Assembly (NCBI RefSeq): GCF_018350175.1
Contig: NC_058368.1
Coordinates: 48,796,001 to 48,860,000 of the forward strand
Direction of reading: 5' to 3'
Origin: Felis catus
Lineage: Eukaryota
Length of the DNA: 64,000 bases
Shown: piece after piece, positions 38,056-51,105 of the stretch
How the letters are laid out: each line of letters starts with the position of its first letter
Numbering within the stretch: the first letter of the stretch is position 1
Translations under genes and position numbers: made by a program
Notes under the pieces: generated by a model
Database searches by the model: none
The model's input: only the letters and a program-made list of their open reading frames with translations
Told to the model about the DNA's origin: nothing

Positions 38056-38270
38056 GGGGCACCTGGGTGGCTCAGTTGGTTAAGCATCCCACTTTGGCTC
38101 AGGTCAGTATCTCACGATTTGTGAATTTGAGTCCCCGCTAGGGCTCTGTTCTGATAGCTCAGAGCCTGGGGTCTGCTTCAGATTCTGTGTGTGTGTCTCT
38201 CTCTCTCTGCCCCTCCCCCGGATGCTCTCTGTCTCTCTCACAAAAATAAATATTAAAAAAATTAAAAAAA
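38056..38270 (+). mobile_element. CAN-SINE
   Basis: ggggcacctgggtggctcagttggttaagc...aaaaataaat A tail. Confidence 0.93.
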
Positions 38271-39904
38271 CCCCATATTTATTAATCTTGCATCTACCAT
38301 GACATATAGTAAAGTGTTTCACAAAAAGCACTCAATACAGTTTTTTAAAGAAAGAAGTGGAATACAAATTATCTTTCGGAAATAAGAGTGGGCAGCAACT
38401 TGATGTTCAGTAGATCAAATTAAATGTGAGACCAATGAGGAATTTTTTTAAAAAAAACAACTGTATATTAAAGTATCAATGGAAAAATAAATCAACTACC
38501 TCAGATCCATTGCAAAGGGAATTTTCAGTAACTTTCCCCTGGACACTTCTACACGGAAGGGTTATTTCTGGTACTTCTTCACCCCCCTTTGGAACTTCTT
38601 TCCTTGCTCTTGGAGTTCTCATTCCCAAATACCGTTCTGTGTCTGTGTCCTAATCCTCCTGCTTCCTCACCACGTCCAGCCCGCCTTCTTCGATACCCAC
38701 ACTGCAACATCAGCCCTGGAACTCTAGTCACAGATGTTAATGGAAACAGTCAACATTTTCAGATCTGCTTCTGTTACAAGTGGACGCATGCTGCTTTAAA
38801 TGGATGACAACTGTGTACTTTTCAAGGAGAGCCACCTGGTGCTAGGGTTGGGTCGCATTCCACTTGGGGGTTCCAGGAGGGAGTAGAAATAGCACATTCT
38901 TGTACTCAGAGTGTCAGAAGGTGGGTGGTTCCCCTGGAGGAGAGCCAGCCATTTTGTACACGACTCTTCCGTCCTCTGGAACAGAGGAGTTGGAACATTT
39001 AGAATGCAGCCCGGGCTGGTTCTTCAGGCATAAAAAAGCAGTGGGCTTGATACTTTGCTCTCGTTCTCTAAGTAATGATTAGGTTGGGTAAGGAAGCATT
39101 TGCCTTTTTAAAATATAGGGGAACCACTCTCTCGGCTTCACAGAAAACTGAAAGTGGCTTCTTGCCAGAGATTTGTGCAGCTTACTGGCTTGGTGGGCGG
39201 AAAAAATAGCACAGACCAATGTGAGGGAGACATCGACTCATCCTCCTTCCAACATGTGCCTGTGATGCTTCCCCAGAAATGCTGGGCAGATGGTGAAGAT
39301 CACCTTGGTGGCATTTTGCATCAGAACTCAGAGTTTGCGTGCAGGAAGCCTCGATGGGAGCGAGGTCTCAGACGAGTTTGTGCACGTCTACATTTCGGTG
39401 CCACAGTGCCGTTGCTGAGATTTGCATCTGTGTGGGGTGAGGAGGAGAAAGCGCATCTCACATGATGCTAATGACAGTGGTTCGCAGTGTTAAAAAGATG
39501 AGGGAAGGTCAGAGGAGTTAATTACTGATGGTAAAAAACCTAAATGCTCAGAGGAATTAACTGGTATTCTGTAATTAATTGTAAAAAAGGCTCTTTCAGT
39601 CAAAAAATATGATCTTAATATAGCCATCCGTAGTTTGAATTCCATCTACAGTTATTGCATTCTGTGAACATTATCTTATTGTACTAATAACGAGTTTGGA
39701 GGCAGCAAGCTACATTCTTTTGACCAGATTTAAAAGAAAATAAATTGAGCGTGCAGAGAAGACAAAGCAGAGAAAACAATATCTCTGATATCTTGCTTAT
39801 TATACTGCCATAGAATGAATATCACAAATGCTCTTGATGACGAAGACAGTTTAGATTGTTTAGAATTGAAGAGACAACATCACATAGTTTCCTTGTTGCT
39901 ACAG

Positions 39905-40114
39905 ATTTTGCAGATTTTCTGGCGCACAGAGATGAGATGGATTAAATAGTAGCGTTTCACTGTAATGATAACTCTTTGAAAAAAATATCAGACACGTAGG
40001 AGATTTGGGGGGATGTGTTCTACCATGAGTTGAATTTTCTGCTGTAATCAATTTTCTGGTACATATCAAGATGTACTAGCCCTGTACGCAGGTGAAGAAG
40101 GGAGATGAAATACC
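39905..40114 (+). other. Exon-like segment (210 nt), non-coding or decayed
   Basis: tttccttgttgctacag| ... ACC|gtaagt; stops in all frames. Confidence 0.35.
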
Positions 40115-41452
40115 GTAAGTATCTTCCTGATTTTTCTTATCTCCCCAAATAGAACTTAGATCATGCTTTCCTCTTACTTATTCTGGAATTTCCCACTGAC
40201 ATCCTGTGAGGCTGCAGAGAGGGATTCCCTAGGAATCTGTATATATGTCATAGTCACTGAACTCAGAATTTACCTATGAAGTATTCAATAAAAAGTAGAG
40301 TTATGTCAAGTTACCTTAAACAGAATAGTTTTCAGATCTGCAAAACTTAATAGTAACCAGACTGACTGAGTTAACGTTATTAAAGAATGGTATTTTCATT
40401 ATTATGGGAGGAAGATCACAAAGGCCAATATTGACAAGTGTTCGTCCAAGCACTGTGCCAAGGAGGGAGAAGTGGGGGCCAACCGAGGTTCAGGCTTCCA
40501 GTCTCATTGGCAAAGCTATTATTAGTATGGTGGCACTGGATACTCCAGGCTACCTTAAACTAATGCTCTTATATATTCAATTAAGGCAACTTCTTTGTTA
40601 TAAGCTCACCCCGCAAACTTCTGCTTATGATTTGGCTTCCAATAGAGGGTAGGAAAAGGGTTGTACCAATTCCAATACTGGAGACTTTGTAATAGGTCTA
40701 TTCGTAGTTTGATTCTGGTTTTATGCATCTGTTTGCCCAGTTGGTTGCTGTGAGTTTACACTGAGAACTTGCATTTGCTCTTAGTGCCCTGAAAACATTA
40801 GGTTTTTGAGCCTGACAGGCTAAAGGTGAAAATGCTCTTGCTGTTAGGATACTTGGAGTCAGTCAGCCAGGGTTCCTCTGATGACATTTGTATGCAACAC
40901 TGCTGGCCAACATATAGACTGTTTATACTTCTGGAACAGCCATGTGAGTTTCTCTTTTTGTTAATTCAACAAAGGTGGGGACAAAGTTTCTAAAAGTAAA
41001 GTTTAGGTGTTAGTAGGAAAAGCAAAGATGGCTTAAGGAAACTAGGAGAAATAGCTTTCTCAATTAATACATTTCAAGCAGTGATTCCTAACCTACGTAT
41101 AAAGCAGGCTTCATCTTGGGAAGCACTCGGGAACTTAGAGAACTTACTTCATTCATTCAGTTTTATGTTCTAGCCAGTCCTTTAAACGCATGTGACAACA
41201 ATCTGCTCACCATTAAGGGCTGGCCTATGTCTCACCAGAGACCAGTCCTCTTCTCGTGTGTGTCTCTCTAGCCATTAGCAGATGGCAGGGAGCAGATACA
41301 GAAGAGGTGCAGCATTGGGTTCAATCAGGGTTGGGCTTTCACCAAGAGAGTATGCAAAGGGAGCAGACCAGAGCGGGAGTGGAGGTGTGTGCCAACAAGT
41401 GTTTATGATGAGTGACTGTGGATTTTAAGCTGGGTAAGGAGGGAAAAAAATG

Positions 41453-41454
<2 letters not shown>

Positions 41455-41500
<46 letters not shown>

Positions 41501-41511
41501 ATGTGTGTGTG
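41455..41511. repeat. (TG)n microsatellite
   Basis: Direct reading. Confidence 0.95.
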
Positions 41512-41901
41512 AAGAAGTGGTGGGAGCAATGGATTGCCAGTTTTGGAGAGGCTGAAGGATTGGTAGAGTAAGGGTGCCAGGAGATGAAATGGAAAGATGG
41601 GAAATGGTGGTGGGCAAGTGGGTTGTTTGAGAAAACCCAGACAAACTTGTGTTCAAGACAGAACCACTCTCTGACACTTGGTATGTGATTCTGCAAGTTA
41701 TTTAGCTTCTCTCTGTCTCTGTTTTAAATTTTTTATTCCTAAAGTGGGAAGAATAATAATATGTATTTTATTGAGAAAGCTACAAAGATTAAGTGATATA
41801 ATGGATGTAAATAACCTAGCACAGTGAAGAGCAAATATTTGATAGTTAAGTAAATGTCAAGTCTTATGTTTCTACTACACAGTAAAGGCTTTGAAAGCAG
41901 A

Positions 41902-41905
<4 letters not shown>

Positions 41906-41982
<77 letters not shown>
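41906..41982. repeat. Compound (TC)n(AC)n microsatellite
   Basis: Direct reading. Confidence 0.95.
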
Positions 41983-41984
<2 letters not shown>

Positions 41985-42764
41985 AAGGTATGTAGAAAGA
42001 GAGAGTAGAGCTAGGCCCAGTGGAAGTCATGAGTGTGTCTGGATCATAAGGCTTCTCAGGGATGTCCCCAAACAGCTTGGTCCAAGGAAGGCTGGATGGA
42101 GGTTGGGGTGGGTGGGAGGAACTTGAACACAGTAGGTGAGAGCTGGAAAAATAACAAGCTTTCGTACTTGTTAAATTTGGTTTTCATCAACTATAATTGT
42201 ATTTGAGGAAGACATATGGAACCTGAAAATTCTGATGAGTAGGTTGTTTGTTTTTTTATATAAATACATAGGAAATACTTTTTAAAATTTTTGTTGTCTG
42301 TTGTTCTTTTGAAGAGCACTTCATTGGAAAATACTTGATGGTTTCCTGGGAGAAGTTTTTGTATATGAATATCATAAGGAGAGGTTCTCCAGCGATTCCC
42401 TGATTAAATAGATGGAATCAGTAGACATTTTTTGGAAGTTCACTCTGCTTGGCTGCATCATGGAGAGGCTCCCTGAGGCTGGGCGGGAGGTGGGGGGGGG
42501 GGGGGGGGTTGGAGTATGGCTGTTCTGCCCTGTGCTACAATTTTAAGTGCTCTCTTTGGTAATCAGGTCAGTCAGTGATCTCCAAACTTTTTAACCTCAA
42601 TAGCCTTGCTGGAGCTCAATTGGGGGCTCAGGAATGTGACATATTTGAGACACATAGGTCAGAGTTACTGAGGGAAGTTTGGAGAGAAGAGTGAAAAGCC
42701 ATTAGGAGAAGCGTAAGCCAAAGATAGTTACAACCAAATGAATATGAAACCAATAAATATATTG

Positions 42765-43040
42765 ATGCACAAACTTCCAGTTATAAAATAAATAAGTCCT
42801 GGGAGTGTAATGTACAGCATAATGACTATAGTTAATAAAACTGTAATGTATATTTGAAATTGCCAAGAGACTAGATCTTATAAGTTCTCAACACAAAAGA
42901 GAAAGAAAATTGTAACCATGTATTGTGATAGATATTAATGAGACATTATCATTTCACAATATAGACAAATACTAAATCATGATGTTGTACACCTGACACT
43001 GATACAGAGTTCTATGTCAATTATAAGCCAATTAAAAAAT
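42765..43040 (+). mobile_element. L1 3' end (L1MA-type)
   Basis: acaaacttccagttataaaataaataagtcctggg...tgttgtacacctga. Confidence 0.85.
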
Positions 43041-45360
43041 ACATCAATGGGTGCATACACGGGAGAAGTCCTGCACTGAGAGAGAATGTTGACTACTTCA
43101 GGGTGCGATTAGCCTGTCAGGGAATGAGGGGGATGGAGACAAGTTCTCTACACACAGAACTCTGTGCTTGGAAAAAGGAGCAAGTCTGTTTTCTTTGTGC
43201 TTTAAGTAGGAAGAAATTTTGATGACAGAAATGCCAAATAATTCCAGAGAGATCTTGAAATCGTGCCCAGGGATGTCTGCGAGGTCCTGAGCAGAGGGGA
43301 TGCAGACAAGAGTCAGCCAGTGAAAGGAGGAGGGGGTACCAAAACAGGAACCCTAGAAGACTTAGAAGGAAAGGCGCCCGGAAGGAGAGAGGTATGGAAA
43401 AATAAGAAGGGTAGACCCGTAAGAGATGCTCATGGAAGTGTGAAGGATGCATTAGGGAAAGGGTAGGCCACAGCAGCTTCTCTATGAAGGAGCTTACCCC
43501 CTTTTCTGGGAACAGGAACTGTGGGGGATTCGGTTCTGTGCTCTGTTTGTCAGGCACTCATTATGTCTGACATGCCAGTGACTGATGGTCTTATTCCATC
43601 AAACGTCAAAAAATATCAAGGCTGCAATAAAAGCGAACCCAGCATTGTGTAGCTTTATTTTTTCCTTCTAACCATTGTATGCATTAGTCACCATGCTAAA
43701 AAAATAGTGAGAAGACAGATGTGCCAAAAGTGGTAGAGAAAACATGTCAACATTCAAAGAATAATTAATGAAAAGTGTTGCTGTTTTAACATCACAAACG
43801 AAAGCCAATGCCAGTCTTAGTCAGTTCTTCTAAAAAATATCCAGGCTCTCCATTCCCTGGAGACAGCCTTACCTGCTTCCTGATCTGAGCCTGTCCTCAG
43901 TGCAAGTTAATTGAAGGCTTCTTCACTGTGGACCTGAGCCTGGTGCCTGACATGTCTAGATAAATTACCCAGGTATCCAAGCGCTCACTAAACTGAGGTC
44001 TTCTTTGCAATCCTCATCTTTGATTTTGTTACGTTTTCCTTTTTGTAGCGGGAGTTTTTACTTTCCAGATCTTCACTGTGACTGAGACTCTGGCTGAAAA
44101 TGCAGTGTGCCTGGCCAAGTTCCCAATGCACTGCTTCCCCCTTCCTGCCTCCTTCCCCTTATGGATTAAAATTCCCCTATCTTCTCCCAGCTTCCTCCTC
44201 TCCCCTGCCAAGTCATAAAGGTCTGACTCCTGAGTTGGCTAGCTGGTGTTCAAAATCAGTTTCCTAATTCCCCACACCTTGAGGAAGACACTCTCAAGAG
44301 AAGGCAGGCACTGCAAGTTTGCACTAAAGGGTCAGTTAGGCTGGCCATGCCAGAGAGGGCTAGTGAGGGAACCTGAAATGTAATATTCTTCCTGGCACAG
44401 AGGGTTCTGTTGACCTCCAGGTTCAATGACTTAAGATGGCTATGGACAGTTTCCAGATCCCACTTGCAAGTGGACAGGGGCAAAGCTTCTAATTCTGCCA
44501 GGCCGAGTCAGTCACTGGTGCCCGGATGGGTGTGGCTGAGAACACAGATGGCAGGTAATCATTAGGAGATGTAAGGATGGGGCCGGAACAGGCTGGAAAT
44601 GACAGCTGTCACTCTGGGTCACTTAGATAGGCACCCCATCTCCCAAGGACTGTGCAAGCCACACCACCTTGTGCCATGTTTTGTGTGTTTATTTCCCTTT
44701 CGTTGTCCCTTAGTTGTTAGAAATCATATTGGAAAATAGCATTACAAATGTTACTTTCCAGAAGCTTATAGCTATTAATCCAAACCTTCTTTACCCTTCA
44801 ATGATTCTTTTTGCAAGGCTCCCCCTCTACAGGATTCCTTAGATGGGGCTGCCGGCAGAGTCAGTGGACTTCACCTGTCCTTAGATAGGAGAACTTGGGC
44901 TGTGGCTCACTCCTTCAGGGCTTGCCACAGAAACATCATCCACCCTCCACCCCAAGCTCTGTTTTACACGTAACTCCTTTCCCTACTGTTCTTAGACTCA
45001 GTCGGACATTGGTTTCAGTGGCTCTAAATCAAATTATTTGTTACGATTCACCATGACTATACAAGGTACATTCTTCCTTTTAAACCATCTTAATGAAATC
45101 AGAAATATTTAACCATGACTACCAGCTCTGTTCCCTCTGTTCTTCCCACCATCCCTTTCTCCCCCTCCCTCTCCCTTCCCCCATTTCTTCCTTGCCTTCA
45201 TTTCTGACTTTGAAATAAATAAGAAGTTTGAGTCACCTCTTTGTTAGGACAGATTATTTCAGCAGAGTTAGAAATGCCTAGTCTAGATTATTCCTATTCA
45301 TAATTTATTTTTTAATGCTCTTGGGATCTATACCTACCTATCATCTATGTATGTATCTTT

Positions 45361-45361
<1 letters not shown>

Positions 45362-45408
<47 letters not shown>
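45362..45408. repeat. (TATC)n microsatellite
   Basis: Direct reading. Confidence 0.95.
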
Positions 45409-45409
<1 letters not shown>

Positions 45410-48400
45410 GTATCTACCTGGAGAAATATTATGTTTTTAGTGTATGATGAAAAATGAAAGTTTGTGATTAGATATCTTTCCAAAATAATATTAATCGAAG
45501 GCAACACTTAAAAAGCGTAGTCTTACAGTACCTGCATAGACTCACCTGAGACACTTGCTGTAAGTACAGGGATCTCTTTGAAGGCTGGGAATCAGTAATA
45601 CTGACAAGACTGCCCCTCCCATCCCCATCATTTCTAAGCACGTCATATTTCACGAACCCTGCATATAGAGACTTTGTAAACCACAGCCCATCACACAATG
45701 TAAAGGGCTGTTTTTAAAGTGGTAGCTAAGTGGAGGTGAGGGCTAAACATACATCTGGGAGCCACCTCAAATCCCTTGTGGAAATTAGAATTATGAATGA
45801 ATAAAATGGAAGTATATATAAATAAATGAATATGTAAAACATATCGTTAAGTAGCTACATATCAGGGTTTTTTTTCCCTGTTAATTCCTACCTTGAATGG
45901 TTTATCCTATCCATTCTTCAAAGAGATTAAATCTCTTTCCCATTAAAACTGGACAGCGCGTTAGAGCCCATGGAACTATCTGTCTTCTGGAATAATAATG
46001 CTCTTTTAAATTCACCAGTATTTCTCAATGTTCATAAAACACTAGTTCTTGAACTATCTCTAGCACCATAAAAAAAAAATTGTGACATGTTTGTGCAAGT
46101 TCAGCATACATAAATTAGGGAAATGCTACAGATTTTATATTCACCATTTAAACTCCATAGTGCTCATTAGCTTATTACAGATCATGGAAATCTTGCAGTA
46201 ATACATCTTTTCCTTTTAAAATCAAGGTTTCTGAAACTTATTTGGCCAATGAGCCTTTTTTTTCAAAAGCATAACATTTACCAACACCCCCTACCCATCT
46301 ATCTTGAAAACCTGGTCTATACATTTTGTTTGCTCATTAATCATGTTAAGCCTGGAACTATCTCTCACATTTACTGTTTAACCCTTTATGCATTTGTAGC
46401 TAAATGGTCTCCACTCCGTATATGTATAGTCATGTAGGATCATATGTTTAGAGTATTTTATTGAGTGAATTATCCTGTTCACGCTTGTTAGTAGGACTAT
46501 TGCTAAGTGTGAGCATAGTGTTTTTTGATGACAGTGGACTTTCCGGAGGGAGGTCCTGTGACAGAAAATGAAAACTAAGACGGCAGGGCCTACGTAGGTA
46601 GAGAGGTAATTCCATTCTCTCTGGGTCTTGCTATCTTTTATGGCTTTTAAGTAATAATTATTATAAGAAGAATATTAATTACCATTGATTGTGCACTTAT
46701 GTTCTGCAGTGTGCCAAGTACTTGTTATTCTTTTAATTCTGAAAACAACGCAATGAGGAAGGCATTATTAATGCTACTTTCCAAAGGATAATAGATATTT
46801 AGTGGTTTACATGTACGCAGATAGGTAACAAAACTGGGATTTGAACTCCTATCTCTCTGACATCACAGTCCACAATCGTGATCATTCTGTCCGTTGACTG
46901 CTGAATGTGGAAGTACTTGAGTGGGCTTCCACGGTGGCAGATTTTAAAGGTAGTCTCTTGCAGATGGAATGACACTAAGGGTTAAGCAGGGAGGCAACTC
47001 CTCAAGCTGAAGCTGAATATGTATATATTTTAAGTCATATGATCTTGTGCCGCGGTTGGTGTGTGTGCATGTGTGAATTTATTTCTCTTTTGTTATCCTG
47101 TAGCTGCTAATAAACCTTTTGTTATCCTTTAGCTGCTATTTAAATATTCAGGGTTTACTTCATTTATGCTATGAGTAATTAAAGAAAAGATAAGACATCC
47201 ATAATTGGACCGAAGCTAAAAGGGAAACAGTTTCTCTCCTCAGAATGGCAGAGACCATGATTGCCAGACAGGTTACCAAGGGATGAAGGTCAGGAGAAAA
47301 CAGTGGTGCCTATAAGAGTTGGCTGCTTTCACTTCTATCAAGATGTCCTTTCTAATGTCTAGAATTTATTTTTAGAAATAAGCATTTTTTTAACACTTCT
47401 TCTTTAAGAAATATTTAGTACACTACTTTAAGGAAGTGATAATTTTTATTATCCCTTTAAGGACCCATAATGTTTTTAGCATGGTAACTTATCCCAAGTA
47501 GGTGCTCAATAAATACTGGTTAATTAGAGAAAACAAGCCCTTTCTCCAACTTGATAAGGGATGGTGTTTGGGAACAAAGGAAAAATAAACCTTTACTCAG
47601 CATACTGAACGTGCCAGAGTGTAATTTTGAGATTGATAATGAGATATCATATCATTGTTTTTGAAATATGCTCATTTGCTTAGGGTATACAGACTAGCTG
47701 AGTTTTTAGTTGCTTATCAATTATATGGCATTTAGCCTTTTATGTTGTATCATTTAGCAGTGGGCTACTAATCAGAATTTCATTTAGCTTTCAACTGCAT
47801 GATATAGTGAGACCCAAAATGGACATAATTTCAGGAAGGTGTTTTACCAAATTATTTTTGACCCGAGAAGGATATCCACAAAGCAGTTAACTGTAGCTTC
47901 TATTATATTGAATGGCTTCTATTTAATTAAAATTGTGTCTCTAGTCTAGAAATTATTTTCGAAGAAATGCTTTCTTGCTAAATAAGACTGTTATATATAC
48001 AGGAAAACTAACTTTTTTTTTCTGGTGACTGCTGTTGCACACTGAGGAGAAAAATGTATTTCCATAAATTTCAAATAAAATTCTTTTTAGGTTTTCTTAG
48101 GTTCTATTCTAACGCCATCATCTACAGACAGGATATCTAGTTTCCTTAAGGAAGTCAAGAATGAACAGTTTCAAATTTAAGGTGCACTGTGTTCAAGTCT
48201 CTCATAATGGCTAACACTGGGATCAGCATGGACCAGTGAGTATAAACAAGAAGAAAAACAGATAAACAAAACCCAGCACATGAGTTAAATAGAGATACCT
48301 GAACTCCAGTCCCAGCTTTGCCCTGTCTTGCTTTGGGGACTGGGTCCTGTACATGACACATCAAGAGGCTGAAAACTGCCCTTTTTACTTTTGTTGTGAA

Positions 48401-49751
48401 GACGACCAGTTGAGTACCAGTGTGGATCTGGGGGGGACTGTACTAGACATTATCGCTGTAAATCAACTGTAATGAAATGATTGGCAGGTGACATCCATCC
48501 CAGTAGGTAAATTTCTGTGGGTGGGATCATGGGGCTTTCAGCCTGTCAGTGAATGAGCAGAGTGGAGCTAGTGTTTCCCCTCTTGGTGGTGGTGGTGGGG
48601 TGGGTTCATCAGCATTAAGCTTTTCTTTTATTCACAGAGGATTCTGAATCGTGCTTCTAAGATTTTTGTTAACTGTTGCTATGTTGTGTGTAAATAGCCT
48701 AGGATTTTCGGACAGACTCACTGTCATTCACCAGTCTCAGTTTCAATCACAATTTAGCTCTTATATTACACATGAAAAGGCAGAGTAAGAATTAAAATTT
48801 GTATAAATATCACTGGAGACACATTTTTATATATTAATTGATGACTGATCTTCAGTTTTCTGGTTGTTTTGCAGTTATTACCATGTGACACTTTCCCTAT
48901 TCAAGCCACTAATCCACCAGGCATCAGAGAACACAGAGAAAAAAAGGAGGGAAATTTTTGGTTCTTGGGATCTTCAGAAGTTAAGGTCAAAATATAAGGC
49001 AACGTTTGAAAGAATCTTTAATCAGCCAGGTTTAGTTTTCCCAATTATAGGGTCTAGACTGGAGGAAGTATATGGCCAGGGGGAAGGGAGAGCCTTAGAG
49101 GCTGGCTTGTTCCCTGGAAACCTTGCTGCCTGTATTCCTTGGCCTGAGGCCCGGGACCTGGACGAGGCTGGAAACCTGAGACATAGAGCCTGGTGCTACC
49201 TTTCCTGACCAGGGCTTGGGAAAGCAGCATGGCTCCAGAGGAGAGGAAATGTCATGAGCCGCATCCACACATGTGGACCTGTGTCAGCTCCCCAGGGTCT
49301 GCACACTCCTTGGCATGGCATGAGGAGAAGCAGACCATTTTCCCGTGCTACCAAGAGTGGTGCAAACATGGCACAGAAAGCTGGCACAGACCACATATAG
49401 CTTGACCGTCAGTGTGGGACATGCAGCAAGAAAATGTACGGACTGGACTGATCCAAAGCCCACTCACCCCCTGATCCCCATGGATACCTCAGTACTTTGT
49501 CAGAGCCCCCCAGACACTTAGACACACCCCTGCCAGAAGGTCATACATAATTAAATGAAAATTAAGTTTTGTCACCTGAGACACAGTGAGCTTGATATGG
49601 AAAATGATTTCAGTTATTTCAGTTACAGATAAGACCAACAGTGCACTTACGGGTTTGATTTTGTGGACCCAGATTAGTTTCCATAGAACAGCTGTATTAA
49701 CATCCACCAAACTCCAGTGCAACACTGGATGCTTCTGTTGTCTTTTTCCAG

Positions 49752-49804
49752 ATGTGTTCAGCTCGACCTATCTCTCCCTGTTTGACTTTCACGTCTGAAT
49801 TCTG
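49752..49804 (+). other. Exon-like segment (53 nt)
   Basis: ttctgttgtctttttccag| ... CTG|gtgagt, both strong splice sites. Confidence 0.4.
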
Positions 49805-50624
49805 GTGAGTGGTGTTTTGATAGGTCATTAACAGCTATTCTCTGCGTTAGTTGAACAGTCTGGTTTGTATTAAATGACAAGGGTCACTTATATACTTTCC
49901 CTTATCATCACCTGGGAGTGCTGAACTGCTTCCTTTACACATTAACTTCTATTATCTTTCAATCCAGAAAAAAGAAAAACAACACGTGGCAAGAGGACCT
50001 GCTTAGAATATTACGAATCACCATTTTTGTATCTAAATACTGTTGTTTTGTTAGCACTAAGAGCAACTGCCTTAAAAACAGTGTCAGTCCTTAACTGTTC
50101 ATATGGTAAAACAATGGTTTCCTATTACTTTTGAAGGTTTTTTTTCTTCCTGCTGGCAGGCAGCCGTGGGGTAGGATGTACTAGATGGATGTACTAGTCA
50201 GAGAATCCAGATCTTATTTGCAGATCTCGACTTACCAACAGTGTGACTGTGCTGAAGTCATTTCTCTTCCCTGTGCCTCTGTCGCCTTACCTGTAAACTG
50301 AGCGGTTCGATTAAGTGTCTTTCAAGTCCTTGTTAATGCAGAGATGTCCTGGCTTCGTGGGTGCTCATTCTCTGAGAGTTGGTGACCAAAAACAACCTGC
50401 GATCAATAATGGGGACACAGCCATGTAAAGTCCTAAACATTATATTTCTGTAGATATTTGTAAATTAAGGATCACGTCTCTTTGTCACTGTCCATCTTCG
50501 TTACTAGGAGAAAATGAGTTGGCTACAGCATTTGGGGATGGGCACCTGATTCACAGGTTGACTATCCACTAAGGGACTATCTCTTGATCATACCTCCAAA
50601 TACTCCTTATTCTTCCTCAATTTC

Positions 50625-51105
50625 CTCAGTAGCTAACTGCTCTTGGGGTCCTCCAGGAGCGGACTGTATGACAGGGATGTAGTACAGGCCACTTATTTGG
50701 AGGTGATCCTAGGACGGCTCCTGCAAGAGTGAGGAAGTAATATGGAGAACAGGAGAAAGCTAATGGAAGGTACTTGGTGATCTCTCCTGCCAGGGACCTC
50801 TGGAAGACTGAGCAGGACATCCCCCACAGCTGTCCCCCTCTGCTGGGGTGGGAGAACTGGGGTACTAATGCACTGACTTTCTATCCTTTCCCTGTTAAAG
50901 GTATTAACTCCCCTGAACATCGGGTTTGTGTCCTGGATAGGGCGGGCATGCTCCTGTGGCCAGGGAAAGCCCTAGGGCAGAGAGTCACAGATGCTTGTGG
51001 TAGGTAGCAGGTGGTTTGTATGGAAACGGGATTAGCGGTGCCAAAGGGATTTGGGCAGGGCGCCAACAGCGTCTGCCACACTGCCCAATCCGGGCAATAA
51101 TACAT
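50625..51105 (-). mobile_element. ERVL-class LTR (LTR16-like)
   Basis: ttatttgggaggtgatcctagg motif and GC-rich LTR-like body. Confidence 0.55.

Noticed and set aside
42481..42512. Poly-G run, potential G-quadruplex
   Set aside because: Simple homopolymer with no functional context; length unreliable in assemblies
43117..43557. 146-aa minus ORF
   Set aside because: Non-ATG start, compositionally biased (antisense of a purine-rich tract), no splice or domain support
47087..47140. ~30-bp direct repeat (ttttgttatcct.tagctgcta), plus similar short pairs at ~19105-19140 and ~52992-53022
   Set aside because: Two-copy local slippage duplications; not CRISPR-like or array-like
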